Notes: generated by a model not told the origin, from the letters alone. A stretch of DNA of 64,000 bases from a virus (IMGVR_UViG_3300046557_000835), one strand, 5' to 3'. Shown: positions 17,434 through 25,785, counted from the first letter of the stretch. Numbers and translations are program-made.

Positions 17434-18354
17434 TTACTTGGCGTTCAGGAACGGAATCGGGGCCGAACCGTACATCGTGGTCGGCAGTTGACCATTCCAC
17501 TTTTCTGCGCGGATGGCTTCGACTTCGATCCGGCGCAGTTCCAGCAGGTCCTTGTTCTGAGCCAGCGCTTGAGCCTTGACACGGATCGCTTGGGCTTCGG
17601 CTTCGGCAGCTTTGGTCACCGAGTAGGCAGAACCGTCGGCGGTCTTCTTGACAGCTTCGGCTTCGGCTTCGGCAATCACAACCTTCTGCTTCTGTTCGGA
17701 TTCGACCGTCTTCAGCTTATTCTCGGCACCCAGGCGCAACTGTTCTTGCGTGACCTTTTCATTGATCGCCGCCATGTAGGATGGCGAGAACGAGAACGTG
17801 CGCATGTCAATGCTGATGACTTTGGCCCCGTACATGGACAGCTTGGTAGCCAGCGCCGACGAGATGTCCGACGATACATTGGTGCGCTTGGAGATCAAGT
17901 CCGGTGCGCTGTATTTGGCGGTGACGGCCTTGAAGACTTCCTGCGTGGCGGTTTGCACGTAGGATGACAGGTCACCATCGCGGCTGTATTGTTCGAACAC
18001 TTCGGCGACCTTGTTGCGGTTGATTGCGTAACGCACCGTCAGGCTGACCTTCACCGGTTGGGTGTCGGAGGTGCTACCTTCAGCGTTCTCGATGTCGGCC
18101 TTCTCGGCACGAGCATTGAACGCGGTCAGCTTCTGCCAAGGCAGGATAAAGGTGCCGCCGTCGGTGCGGACATCATCGATCTTACCGAGGGTGGTAACGA
18201 TTCCGAGGTAGCCGGTGGGGATCGATTGGATCGGCCAGTAACTGAGCGCCATCACCAGCGCGATGAGTGCCAGGACCAGGCGGGCAATTCCGGCCGGTTT
18301 GAGGTACAAGTCGCCATCAGTGCGGCGCTCGAACGGGTTAAACTTGTTCAGCAT
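17434..18354 (-). CDS. SPFH / band-7 (prohibitin-stomatin family) membrane protein
   Basis: N-terminal TM segment, then an SPFH domain, then an Ala/Glu-rich coiled-coil (AEAEAEAVKK...AEAEAQAIRVKAQALAQNKDLLELRRIEVEAIRAEKW). Confidence 0.75.
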   Translation of the reverse strand: MLNKFNPFERRTDGDLYLKPAGIARLVLALIALVMALSYWPIQSIPTGYLGIVTTLGKIDDVRTDGGTFILPWQKLTAFNARAEKADIENAEGSTSDTQPVKVSLTVRYAINRNKVAEVFEQYSRDGDLSSYVQTATQEVFKAVTAKYSAPDLISKRTNVSSDISSALATKLSMYGAKVISIDMRTFSFSPSYMAAINEKVTQEQLRLGAENKLKTVESEQKQKVVIAEAEAEAVKKTADGSAYSVTKAAEAEAQAIRVKAQALAQNKDLLELRRIEVEAIRAEKWNGQLPTTMYGSAPIPFLNAK

Positions 18355-18442
18355 TTCTTATTGTCTCTTTCAGATTAAAGGATCGAGCATTCACGTGCCC
18401 GTACGTTGCTACATAGAAAGGTTGCTACGTGTTATTTTTTTT

Positions 18443-18478
18443 ACGGCATACATCCCGGCCACCCGAAGGCGGCCGGGT
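18443..18478 (-). terminator. hairpin CCCGGCCACC / GGCGGCCGGG followed by ATGTATGCCGT
   Basis: 10-bp stem (1 mismatch) with loop CGAA. It lies right after the 18483..18773 gene. The downstream ATGCCGT motif is shared with other hairpins. No U-run follows on the minus strand, so true termination is uncertain. Confidence 0.35.
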
Positions 18479-18482
18479 ATGT

Positions 18483-18773
18483 TTAAGGTTTAGCGCATGA
18501 AACGCTAACAGAAGCGCTGTTCGAATTGTTGAAAGGCGCGGCCGTTACCGACGTACATTTCAAGCCATCAGCAAACCAGCTGGTAACACTGTAGTCCTTA
18601 CCCCAAGCATCCTTGAAGGTAAACGTACTTACCGTTGGGGTCGCCAATGCTGCTTGCGCTGGTCGTACCACGAAACACTGCCACGAAATCCAACCCACAC
18701 CTACAATAAGTGCAGAGGTTTTCGATAACCCTACAAACAACTCTTTCCATGCTTGTTTCTGTTCACGTGTCAT
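18483..18773 (-). CDS. small membrane protein (96 aa), possible SPFH partner
   Basis: One TM segment (TSALIVGVGWISW) plus a beta-rich C-terminus. It lies upstream of the SPFH gene. Confidence 0.45.
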   Translation of the reverse strand: MTREQKQAWKELFVGLSKTSALIVGVGWISWQCFVVRPAQAALATPTVSTFTFKDAWGKDYSVTSWFADGLKCTSVTAAPFNNSNSASVSVSCAKP

Positions 18774-18793
18774 GCGTTAACTCCTTGAGATGA

Positions 18794-19867
18794 TTAGTCC
18801 CAGTCCAACGTGGTCGAGACCTTGTTTTCCACCACCGGGGTGCTGGTGATGTTCTTACGTTCCTGCAGACCCAGCGCCTGGGTCATCCACGGAAACGGAT
18901 TGGCTTGCGGTTGGAAGATCACACCGATACCGATCTTCATCGCCATGCGGTTCGCCGCCAGTTGTAACAGATGGCTATACTGGTGGGGCGGTTCAGCGCC
19001 TTCTCCAGTTGCGGTAGCGACAGCGTGTGCCAGTTCCAGCATCACGGCATCTTTGAGGATCTGCTTGAGATCGATCACCAACTCGTCAGTCCAGACCTGC
19101 GGATTCTCATTGCGGATCGCCTGGATCACTTCGAGACCGAACTCGACCTGGGTTTGCTGGTCACGCAGCATCAGCGAGAACTGCTGCACCAGATCGGGCA
19201 TCTTGCCACGTTGACCGAGTGTCAGCACCTGAACGAAGTCGACGATCGAGAACAGACCTTTCATGGCGCACGTGTACACCGCGAGACCGCGGATGAACGC
19301 TTGCGTGTTTTCGGTCGTATCGGTACGGAACTTCGGGTCTCTCAGGAACGTCAGACGATTTTCCAGATAGTTCTGCTTGTTGTGGAACGTCGTCGGCTGG
19401 TTGGCCGGGTCGAGCAACACACCTTCGTTCAGCGTGAGCTTTTCGACGATATGTGCGTAGACGTGTGGCACCAGGGCTTCTTCGAAGCCTTGACGCAGAA
19501 TGTACTGCCGCGCTTCCGGCGCCGTAATGTGCCGGTAGATGTGCATCGCCAAATCTCCAGCGCCACCCTTGGTCAAGACCAGACTGCCGATGACCCGTTC
19601 GATCATCTTTTGCTCGCCCGTCGTGATGAGGTCCATCGCGACTTGGTTGAGGTCGGTGCCCATCTTGTACTCGGCCGGCATCCAGTGGTTGTTGCAGCTA
19701 TCCAAGTACATCTGCCAAGCCCACTTGTACTTGAACGGCACCAGCTGATTGACGTCGGTGGTGGCGTTGATCATCCGTTTGTCCGAAGCATGGACGCGCT
19801 TGGACACATCGGCGCTTGACGCCGGTTGTTCTACTGCTTGTGGTTCATCGTCAAAAGACAACGACAT
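18794..19867 (-). CDS. ribonucleotide reductase small-subunit (R2)-like ferritin-fold protein, apparently with non-canonical metal ligands
   Basis: From memory of R2 motifs: NHWMPAEY resembles FFWRPEEV, FEEALVPHVYAHI resembles SETIHSRSYTHI, and LRDQQTQV sits where ARDExLH would be. The second ExxH appears replaced by QxxQ. Confidence 0.45.
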   Translation of the reverse strand: MSLSFDDEPQAVEQPASSADVSKRVHASDKRMINATTDVNQLVPFKYKWAWQMYLDSCNNHWMPAEYKMGTDLNQVAMDLITTGEQKMIERVIGSLVLTKGGAGDLAMHIYRHITAPEARQYILRQGFEEALVPHVYAHIVEKLTLNEGVLLDPANQPTTFHNKQNYLENRLTFLRDPKFRTDTTENTQAFIRGLAVYTCAMKGLFSIVDFVQVLTLGQRGKMPDLVQQFSLMLRDQQTQVEFGLEVIQAIRNENPQVWTDELVIDLKQILKDAVMLELAHAVATATGEGAEPPHQYSHLLQLAANRMAMKIGIGVIFQPQANPFPWMTQALGLQERKNITSTPVVENKVSTTLDWD

Positions 19868-19878
19868 AATACATTCCT

Positions 19879-20127
19879 TTACTTACTGCGGTTAATGGTG
19901 CCTAACAACATATTCAGTTCTGCCGCCAGATCAGCGGCGCGTTTGGCGCAGTTCTTGATTTCATACGGCGTTAGGTCTTTGGGGTCTTGTGCTAACAGCC
20001 GCTGGATAGCGGCTGACTCCACCTTCGCACTTTCTAAGAATTTAGTTTGGATATTGTCCATTGATGATCTTGAGAATATCGCGTTCATCCCACCAACCAT
20101 TATCGCAATGGTACTGTACTCCCCCAA
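19879..20127 (-). CDS. hypothetical protein (about 60-82 aa, start uncertain)
   Basis: ORF. Its 5' end overlaps the next gene by 86 nt unless the internal ATG at 20061 is used. Confidence 0.35.
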   Translation of the reverse strand: MGEYSTIAIMVGGMNAIFSRSSMDNIQTKFLESAKVESAAIQRLLAQDPKDLTPYEIKNCAKRAADLAAELNMLLGTINRSK

Positions 20128-20347
20128 TCGTGTAACGGCTGCATTCGTGGTTGGCGAGATAAGTCATGAAACGCTGATTGTCGTCGCGTTTTGGGTTTTT
20201 ATCACTATCAAAACTCAGTGGACTATAGGGCGTATCATGAAGACAAACCATGAACGTGAGTACTAACCCCGCCCCAATCGCGATGAGAAATGGAATATTA
20301 ATACCAAGTGGGTCGAAGCAAAGCAGTTTCGATTTTAACCAGTTCAT
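20042..20347 (-). CDS. small TM-anchored Cys-motif protein, paralog 1 (HxC...CDNG)
   Basis: TM segment plus FMTYLANHECSRYTIGGVQYHCDNGWW. Confidence 0.55.
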   Translation of the reverse strand: MNWLKSKLLCFDPLGINIPFLIAIGAGLVLTFMVCLHDTPYSPLSFDSDKNPKRDDNQRFMTYLANHECSRYTIGGVQYHCDNGWWDERDILKIINGQYPN

Positions 20348-20393
20348 AGAACTTCCTTTAACGCCCTATTGTGGATTGGCCAGCTGGATTATT

Positions 20394-20618
20394 TTACAAC
20401 ACCTCCACCATTTTCTCGATGTCTTCTCCAGTCCACACTCCTTTATCACACTGATATACCGATTCGACATGTAAACTAATTTCGATACGGGTACAGGAAT
20501 GTTGGAGCAAAAACTGACCTTGTTTTTTGGCCTGCTCTCGACCATGCTTGTAACTGAATGCAGAAAGTAGAAGGAGTAGCCCAACCAATACCATCGTTAC
20601 GAAGGCGCGCTGACTCAT
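20394..20618 (-). CDS. small TM-anchored Cys-motif protein, paralog 2
   Basis: TM segment plus LLQHSCTRIEISLHVESVYQCDKGVW. Confidence 0.5.
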   Translation of the reverse strand: MSQRAFVTMVLVGLLLLLSAFSYKHGREQAKKQGQFLLQHSCTRIEISLHVESVYQCDKGVWTGEDIEKMVEVL

Positions 20619-20920
20619 TCGAGAGCCGCCTTACGGACTTCGAAGTCGAGCTTCTCACCGTTGTCACACATGTACACCGCCCGACGGTTCTTGTCCCCGC
20701 CGATATAGTTGGTGATCTTGCACTGGTGCGCGTTGATGTACGCCAGCAGCTTGCGGTCGTTTTCCTGGGTGCGCTTGTGCAACCAAATACCAAGACCAAT
20801 CAACAACCCGAGGATGATCAGCGCGAACAAAACGCTGATGCCATCAGTCTTGCCCGACGAACCGCCGGCGAAGTAGACAAAATCGGAGCCACTGTTATTA
20901 CCATCATGATCCCAGCTCAT
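20615..20920 (-). CDS. small TM-anchored Cys-motif protein, paralog 3
   Basis: TM segment plus LLAYINAHQCKITNYIGGDKNRRAVYMCDNGEKL. It overlaps paralog 2 by 4 nt (ATGA). Confidence 0.55.
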   Translation of the reverse strand: MSWDHDGNNSGSDFVYFAGGSSGKTDGISVLFALIILGLLIGLGIWLHKRTQENDRKLLAYINAHQCKITNYIGGDKNRRAVYMCDNGEKLDFEVRKAALE

Positions 20921-21111
20921 GTGAATCTCCTTAAAAGATGAATTAACAAAAGGCTTTAACGCACATGATCGTCAGCCACATGGTGATAGCAATTTGCCAG
21001 CCAAAGTGAAGACGACAAAACGCCTGCCAAACACGCTTGAGTCGCCTTGGCGTTCCGCCGCCAGTTGAACTTGTTCTTTGGCCCAAGGTCCAAAATACAA
21101 AGAACCACACG

Positions 21112-22176
21112 TCACACCGCCACTGGAGCTTTGATGGTCGGATGCGGATCGTAGCCCGTGATCTCGAAGTCTTCGAACTTGTAGTCGAAGATCGATTTCG
21201 GTTTACGTTTGAGCACGAGTTGCGGCATCGCGCGCGCATCACGGGACAGTTGCAGATCAACTTGCTCGGTATGGTTCGAGTAGATGTGGCAGTCACCGCC
21301 GACCCAGATGAAGTCACCGACTGCCATATCGGCCTGTTGGGCGAACATGTGTACCAACATCGAATACGACACGATGTTGAATGGCACACCCAAGAAGATA
21401 TCTGCCGAACGCTGGTACAACATGCAGGATAACTTCTTACGTGGGATGTGGACGTGGTCGAGATACTCATCGACGCTCGCATAATGCGACACCATGTCCT
21501 GACTGATCTCGACGCCCTTCCTGATGGCGTAATTCGCACGCTCTTGTGACGTCATGTCCGACACGTAGAACTGGTACATCGCGTGGCATGGTGGCAGCTT
21601 CATACCCGGCACATCGCCGACATTCCAGGCGTTCACGATGATGCGGCGCGAATCCGGGTTGTTCTTGATCGCGTTCATTGCATCGGTGATCTGGTCGTAT
21701 TCCTTTTGCAGAACAGAGCACAGGGTGAAGTCGAGCTTAGTGATGTGCCCGAGTTGTGTATAACCCTGCGCGACCAACTCGTCGATCTCGTCCATTCGAT
21801 TGACCGGTACGACCTTGGTGTCTTCCCAGCGTCGCCATTGCTTGCCGTAGACCGGACCGAGTTCACCGTTCTCATCAGCCCACTCGTCCCAGATGGTGAC
21901 GCCGTTGTCCTTCAGGTACTGGATGTTTGTGCTGCCGGCCAGGAACCAGATGATTTCGTGGATGATCGACTTCAGGTGGATCTTCTTGGTAGTCAGCATC
22001 GGAATGCCATCTTGCAGGTTGAAGCGCATCATCTTGCCGAAATCTGACCGAGTGCCGGTACCAGTGCGATCTGTTTTGATCTGGCCATTGGTGTGGACAT
22101 TATGCATCAGATTCAGATAAGTTTGTTCTTGCGGGTTCAGCAGATGTTGTTGAAGTTCTTGGATGGCTTGATTCAT
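21112..22176 (-). CDS. thyA: thymidylate synthase (ThyA family) with an insertion of about 40 aa
   Basis: Conserved blocks RTGTGTRS, the active-site [12 protein letters not shown], and [17 protein letters not shown] are present. The 354 aa length exceeds the ~264 aa bacterial enzymes because of an insert around [37 protein letters not shown]. Confidence 0.9.
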   Translation of the reverse strand: MNQAIQELQQHLLNPQEQTYLNLMHNVHTNGQIKTDRTGTGTRSDFGKMMRFNLQDGIPMLTTKKIHLKSIIHEIIWFLAGSTNIQYLKDNGVTIWDEWADENGELGPVYGKQWRRWEDTKVVPVNRMDEIDELVAQGYTQLGHITKLDFTLCSVLQKEYDQITDAMNAIKNNPDSRRIIVNAWNVGDVPGMKLPPCHAMYQFYVSDMTSQERANYAIRKGVEISQDMVSHYASVDEYLDHVHIPRKKLSCMLYQRSADIFLGVPFNIVSYSMLVHMFAQQADMAVGDFIWVGGDCHIYSNHTEQVDLQLSRDARAMPQLVLKRKPKSIFDYKFEDFEITGYDPHPTIKAPVAV

Positions 22177-22194
22177 GATGTTTTTTGTTCCTTG

Positions 22195-22374
22195 TTATTT
22201 GACCAAGCGGCAGGTCGGTTGTTGGTAATCGTGGATGGCTTTCAGAATACCGTCGTACTGAAACGCGAAGATAATTAATGCGATTAACAGCAGTATGTAA
22301 ACGCCATTCATGAGGTCATGGAAAACATCCAAGCCTGTTTTCTGGCGGCGGCCGCCTTCTTTCGGTTGAGTCAT
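22195..22374 (-). CDS. small C-terminally anchored membrane protein
   Basis: The hydrophobic stretch reads VYILLLIALIIFAFQY. The start is placed at the internal ATG to avoid overlap. Confidence 0.35.
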   Translation of the reverse strand: MTQPKEGGRRQKTGLDVFHDLMNGVYILLLIALIIFAFQYDGILKAIHDYQQPTCRLVK

Positions 22375-22382
22375 CGTTATCC

Positions 22383-22481
22383 CTAGTTGCGTTTTTGATC
22401 CAGCGCCCGACACGTGAAGATCACGATAACTACGAGGACCAGTAATAACACACCGGCCCCAGCGGCCGACGGATTACTCAT
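22383..22481 (-). CDS. very small TM protein (32 aa) MSNPSAAGAGVLLLVLVVIVIFTCRALDQKRN
   Basis: Its ATG at 22481..22479 overlaps, as ATGA, the stop of the 22478.. frame. The longer His-rich N-terminal extension (22383..22700 ORF) competes with the zinc-ribbon ORF over the same DNA. Confidence 0.3.
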   Translation of the reverse strand: MSNPSAAGAGVLLLVLVVIVIFTCRALDQKRN

Positions 22482-22843
22482 TTGGAGATCTTCTTTTTCT
22501 TGCGACGGGTTGCTTGCACCCACCGCGCTACTCGTTGACGACGCGCTGGAATGGGGGACGAGGAGGAAATTAACCGGGCTGTTGTTACCGTGGCTGGTGG
22601 TGGCTTCGTGGGTAACAGCGGTGGCATGGACGGTACTGGCATGTGCTGCGCTGTGGCCGCTGCTATGGCCTGCTGATGCGTGACCTGCTGCAACTGACAT
22701 AACTCTTCCTTTTGTTTCGCGTTGAATGGATCATGGATGTTGTATTCGCACGTACCATGAAAACAAACATCACCTTCGAGATCTTCCCGAAGGCACTTAC
22801 CGGCGCAGTTATGCTCCTGCAGTAGGTGTAACGGTTTGTTCAT
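22478..22843 (-). CDS. small zinc-ribbon protein (CAGKC...CFHGTC) with low-complexity tail
   Basis: The start is taken at the internal ATG at 22843 (MNKPLHLLQEHNCAGKC...). The longer track ORF would overlap the upstream paralog by 100 nt. Confidence 0.35.
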   Translation of the reverse strand: MNKPLHLLQEHNCAGKCLREDLEGDVCFHGTCEYNIHDPFNAKQKEELCQLQQVTHQQAIAAATAQHMPVPSMPPLLPTKPPPATVTTARLISSSSPIPARRQRVARWVQATRRKKKKISK

Positions 22844-23129
22844 CGGTTTGCTCGGGTTCCGTGTAATGTTTCGGGACTTCCGGGATCGCCTTCTTGAAAA
22901 TCTGCTTGGCAAAGTTATCGACGATCGCGATACGTTTGGCCAGCTGTTGATCTTGCGCTTGGTACCTGCCGATCAGGGCCACCATGTTCGGTTTGCCGAT
23001 CAGTTTCTGGGCGCTCAGTGCCACCTTCATTTGTTCTTGCACCAACTTCGAACGCACTTCGTGGAGTTGGTTGGCATCCATCTTTTGGATATCGCGGTAG
23101 ACTTTACCGCCGACTTTAATATTGGGCAT
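22809..23129 (-). CDS. hypothetical protein, NIKVGxK family paralog 1
   Basis: Starts MPNIKVGGKVYRDIQKMDANQLHEV. It is paralogous to 23573..23839. Confidence 0.55.
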   Translation of the reverse strand: MPNIKVGGKVYRDIQKMDANQLHEVRSKLVQEQMKVALSAQKLIGKPNMVALIGRYQAQDQQLAKRIAIVDNFAKQIFKKAIPEVPKHYTEPEQTDEQTVTPTAGA

Positions 23130-23131
23130 GC

Positions 23132-23557
23132 TTATTCTTGGTTGTTGGGTTGAGGTGGTTTACCAAACTTGGGCTTCAGAGCATTCTTGGCGCGGATCTT
23201 GTCCAAGTTTTGCCAACAATAGTCGAGGTCCTCGACGGCGGCTTGACCGAGATTGATTTTGTGTAGATTACACAAGGTCACAAGGCAATTGAGAGCACCT
23301 GCCGCTTCTTGAGCCGGTTCACCCTTTTCACGACCGTACACATACTCGACCATCGCTAGCACTTCTTCTTTGGGCATATCGAATGCCTGCATGGCTTCGA
23401 TCGCTTCTTCGGCAAAGCGTTGGCGGTTTTCTTTGGGGTCGTTGATATGCTCGACGGGATAACAGGCGTGCATCCATCGGAACCATTGTCGTTGGAACTT
23501 CTGCATCCAATCAACGAATCCCGATTTACTAAAAACAGAATTGGTATTGCTTAGCAT
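23132..23557 (-). CDS. MazG-like all-alpha nucleotide pyrophosphohydrolase (putative)
   Basis: 141 aa. The acidic motif RFAEEAIEAMQAFD is EExxE-like. Size and helical composition are typical of phage MazG-like proteins. Confidence 0.4.
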   Translation of the reverse strand: MLSNTNSVFSKSGFVDWMQKFQRQWFRWMHACYPVEHINDPKENRQRFAEEAIEAMQAFDMPKEEVLAMVEYVYGREKGEPAQEAAGALNCLVTLCNLHKINLGQAAVEDLDYCWQNLDKIRAKNALKPKFGKPPQPNNQE

Positions 23558-23572
23558 GCAGGTTCTCCTAGA

Positions 23573-23839
23573 TTAGGTTTTTGGAGGGATGATAAGCGTG
23601 GCAGGCAAAGAACGGATGAGATGATCGACCCGTGTTGCGCGGCGACGCAGACTTTCATATTGCTTGTTCAGCAACACGACAGTGGCAGGCGAGACATTGC
23701 CGTGCAATGCCAAACGAATGAAGCCCTGCTTTCTGGAAATCGCATCTTGGACATCCCACAATTGCCGCCGATCCATCTTATCAACATCACGGAAGATCTT
23801 GTCGCCGACCTTGATATTCAGCCCTTTATGGCGTGCCAT
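23573..23839 (-). CDS. hypothetical protein, NIKVGxK family paralog 2
   Basis: Starts MARHKGLNIKVGDKIFRDVDKMDRRQLWDV. Confidence 0.55.
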   Translation of the reverse strand: MARHKGLNIKVGDKIFRDVDKMDRRQLWDVQDAISRKQGFIRLALHGNVSPATVVLLNKQYESLRRRATRVDHLIRSLPATLIIPPKT

Positions 23840-23841
23840 GA

Positions 23842-24516
23842 TCAGTTCAGGTTTTCAAAGACGGTGTTGGCCCAGGCTTTGATACTGGCCGAGACTACCT
23901 CGGGTTCCGGCAGGGCGTCGATCTGCACGACCTTGCGGTTGAACGTTTCTTTGTAATGGTCACTGTTCGGCCAACGACCCAAACGCATCTGGTAACCATC
24001 GTAGACTTTGCGACGGAAGTCTTGCTCCTCCAAGTCCAGCCGGTCTTGCTTTTCCCTACGCAGCTCCAAACGGCGTACACTTTCTTCGAACGGCAGGGTG
24101 AAGAACAGGGTGATGTCCGGTGTGATGTTGCCGTTCACATAGCTACCCAAGCGGTTGAGATCTTCTAGCATCCCACGGGCATAGCCTTGGTACGCATAAG
24201 TCGAATCGTGGAAGCGGTCGCAGATTACCACGTAACCAGCTTTCAGATGCGGGATCACTTGCTTTTGGACGTGCTCGTTACGCGAGGCCAGGAACAGCAA
24301 CAGTTCCGTGAGTTTGTCCATCTTCATGGTTTCACGGCTGGTGCTGAGCAGCAGTTCGCGGATTTTGTCACCGATCGGGTTACCGCCCGGTTCACGGGTG
24401 GTGATGACCTTGTAACCGCGCGAGCGCAAGTGGTCGGCAAGGATAGCGACGTTGGTGGTCTTCCCGCTGGCATCAATGCCTTCGAACGTAATAAACATAC
24501 CTTTAGTATCGGACAT
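23842..24516 (-). CDS. tmk: thymidylate kinase
   Basis: P-loop FITFEGIDASGKTT is present, and the overall architecture and length fit Tmk. Confidence 0.9.
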   Translation of the reverse strand: MSDTKGMFITFEGIDASGKTTNVAILADHLRSRGYKVITTREPGGNPIGDKIRELLLSTSRETMKMDKLTELLLFLASRNEHVQKQVIPHLKAGYVVICDRFHDSTYAYQGYARGMLEDLNRLGSYVNGNITPDITLFFTLPFEESVRRLELRREKQDRLDLEEQDFRRKVYDGYQMRLGRWPNSDHYKETFNRKVVQIDALPEPEVVSASIKAWANTVFENLN

Positions 24517-24559
24517 GGTTTTGTTATAAGCAAAAAAATAAATAGAAGAGCTATCCCCT

Positions 24560-24596
24560 CCGCTCGATGAGCGGAGGGGGTAGACATTACAGCGAC
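24560..24596 (-). terminator. rho-independent terminator (10-bp stem CCCTCCGCTC / GAGCGGAGGG, then T-rich)
   Basis: Hairpin with loop GATG. On the minus strand it is followed by GATAGCTCTTCTATTTATTTTTTTTGC. Confidence 0.5.
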
Positions 24597-24859
24597 TGTT
24601 CCAAAACCAGGCTGAATGTGGGAAGCTTATACATCCGACGCAGTTCTGTTCCCACGATATCGATTTGTGCTGGACGGCACAGTTCTAGTCGTTTGGGTAG
24701 GGTGGGGTCGATGAGCATGATTTGCTGGACCACATCGATCGCCATCTGCCGGGGATGTTCCACCAACAGATCACGGTCATTGACCAGAAAATCACGTTTC
24801 ACCAATCCCATTCCACTGACTTCAAACCACGCTGTCCCATGACGTAGATGGGTTGGCAT
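24587..24859 (-). CDS. hypothetical protein (about 75-90 aa, start uncertain)
   Basis: The C-terminal part of track ORF 24587..25036. The N-terminal part of that ORF overlaps the next gene and looks like junk. Confidence 0.3.
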   Translation of the reverse strand: MPTHLRHGTAWFEVSGMGLVKRDFLVNDRDLLVEHPRQMAIDVVQQIMLIDPTLPKRLELCRPAQIDIVGTELRRMYKLPTFSLVLEQSL

Positions 24860-24911
24860 GGTGGGGTTAAGGCCGACGTCGAGTGTTGACTTCAGTGAAC
24901 GCAGTAAGGAG

Positions 24912-25349
24912 TTACGACGCTTGCGATGCATCGGCACGCGGACCGGAAGGACGGCGCGGAGTACGCGCCACACCGCGTTGGTGGTCACCGAGACGACTGG
25001 GAGGCGTGTGCAGCACCGGCGCCGCCGCATCGTCACGCGGGTTGAGCTTCGGGGCCGGCACCTGGGTCACGACGTTGCAGTAGCTGTGCAGGTGGCTGAC
25101 GACGTAGCCCTTGCGTTCGGCCTGGTCGAAGATGTAAGCCATGATGGCCGGAGTCAGCATCGGCGGCTCGATGCCTTGGAAGGCGAAGCGCACGCCGTCG
25201 TTCTTGGTCACGCCGAGGGTGGCGTGGGTGGCAGCCAGCTTACCGTGCTCGATATGGCCGTTGCATTCTTTGTGGAACAGGACCGGGGTATCGATGCCGA
25301 ATTCGATAGTCGTGGACGAGGCAGCTTTGTTTTTGTTGAAACCAAACAT
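24912..25349 (-). CDS. hypothetical protein (145 aa)
   Basis: ORF with GGAAAC RBS and an upstream AATAATCAACAAC motif. Confidence 0.5.
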   Translation of the reverse strand: MFGFNKNKAASSTTIEFGIDTPVLFHKECNGHIEHGKLAATHATLGVTKNDGVRFAFQGIEPPMLTPAIMAYIFDQAERKGYVVSHLHSYCNVVTQVPAPKLNPRDDAAAPVLHTPPSRLGDHQRGVARTPRRPSGPRADASQAS

Positions 25350-25367
25350 GATGTTTCCTTTAAAAGT

Positions 25368-25379
25368 GTTGTTGATTAT
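25368..25379 (-). promoter_or_regulatory. conserved upstream motif AATAATCAACAAC
   Basis: Member of the 12-mer family. It overlaps the stop of the upstream gene. Confidence 0.35.
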
Positions 25380-25765
25380 TAAGCGGCTTGTTCTTTAGCC
25401 ACAAAGGGTTTTTCAGGTACAGCTTGCATTGCAGGTTTGGCGATGAATCGCCGGATGACGTGGGCAATACCCAAGCCATTAACTACAGCGCTAGCGAGAT
25501 CGGGAGTCACGAACTCGGTAGCGTAAAACGGAAGTGCGTCAAACACTTCGCGGGTAACGATAAACAGTTGTTCTTCGCTGTCACTGGTCAAACCGTGAAG
25601 GTCAACTTCCTTGTAACCTTCCTTCACGATCTCCAAACCACCGAGATAACCAAAAACATGACCCGGCATCTCTTTGATGGTAGGGGGATTGTCACACGGT
25701 GGTAAGGATACCCGTGTACCATTTTGGCGTTCGATATGGATCGCGCCAGGTGTGAGGTTCTTCAT
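25379..25765 (-). CDS. hypothetical protein (128 aa)
   Basis: ORF with an upstream AATAATCAACAAC motif. Confidence 0.5.
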   Translation of the reverse strand: MKNLTPGAIHIERQNGTRVSLPPCDNPPTIKEMPGHVFGYLGGLEIVKEGYKEVDLHGLTSDSEEQLFIVTREVFDALPFYATEFVTPDLASAVVNGLGIAHVIRRFIAKPAMQAVPEKPFVAKEQAA

Positions 25766-25773
25766 GTGCGTAT

Positions 25774-25785
25774 GTTGTTGATTAT
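25774..25785 (-). promoter_or_regulatory. conserved upstream motif AATAATCAACAAC
   Basis: Member of the 12-mer family, 8 nt upstream of the ATG. Confidence 0.35.

Noticed and set aside
20366-20584. 72-aa minus ORF
   Set aside because: Out-of-frame overlap with paralog 2 of the Cys-motif family, and it lacks the family motif.
20943-21539. 198-aa minus ORF overlapping thyA
   Set aside because: Out-of-frame overlap with thymidylate synthase, and an Arg/Ser/Thr/Cys-rich composition. The 190-nt stretch 20921-21111 is more likely non-coding, although a Trp-rich 55-aa GTG-start ORF cannot be excluded.
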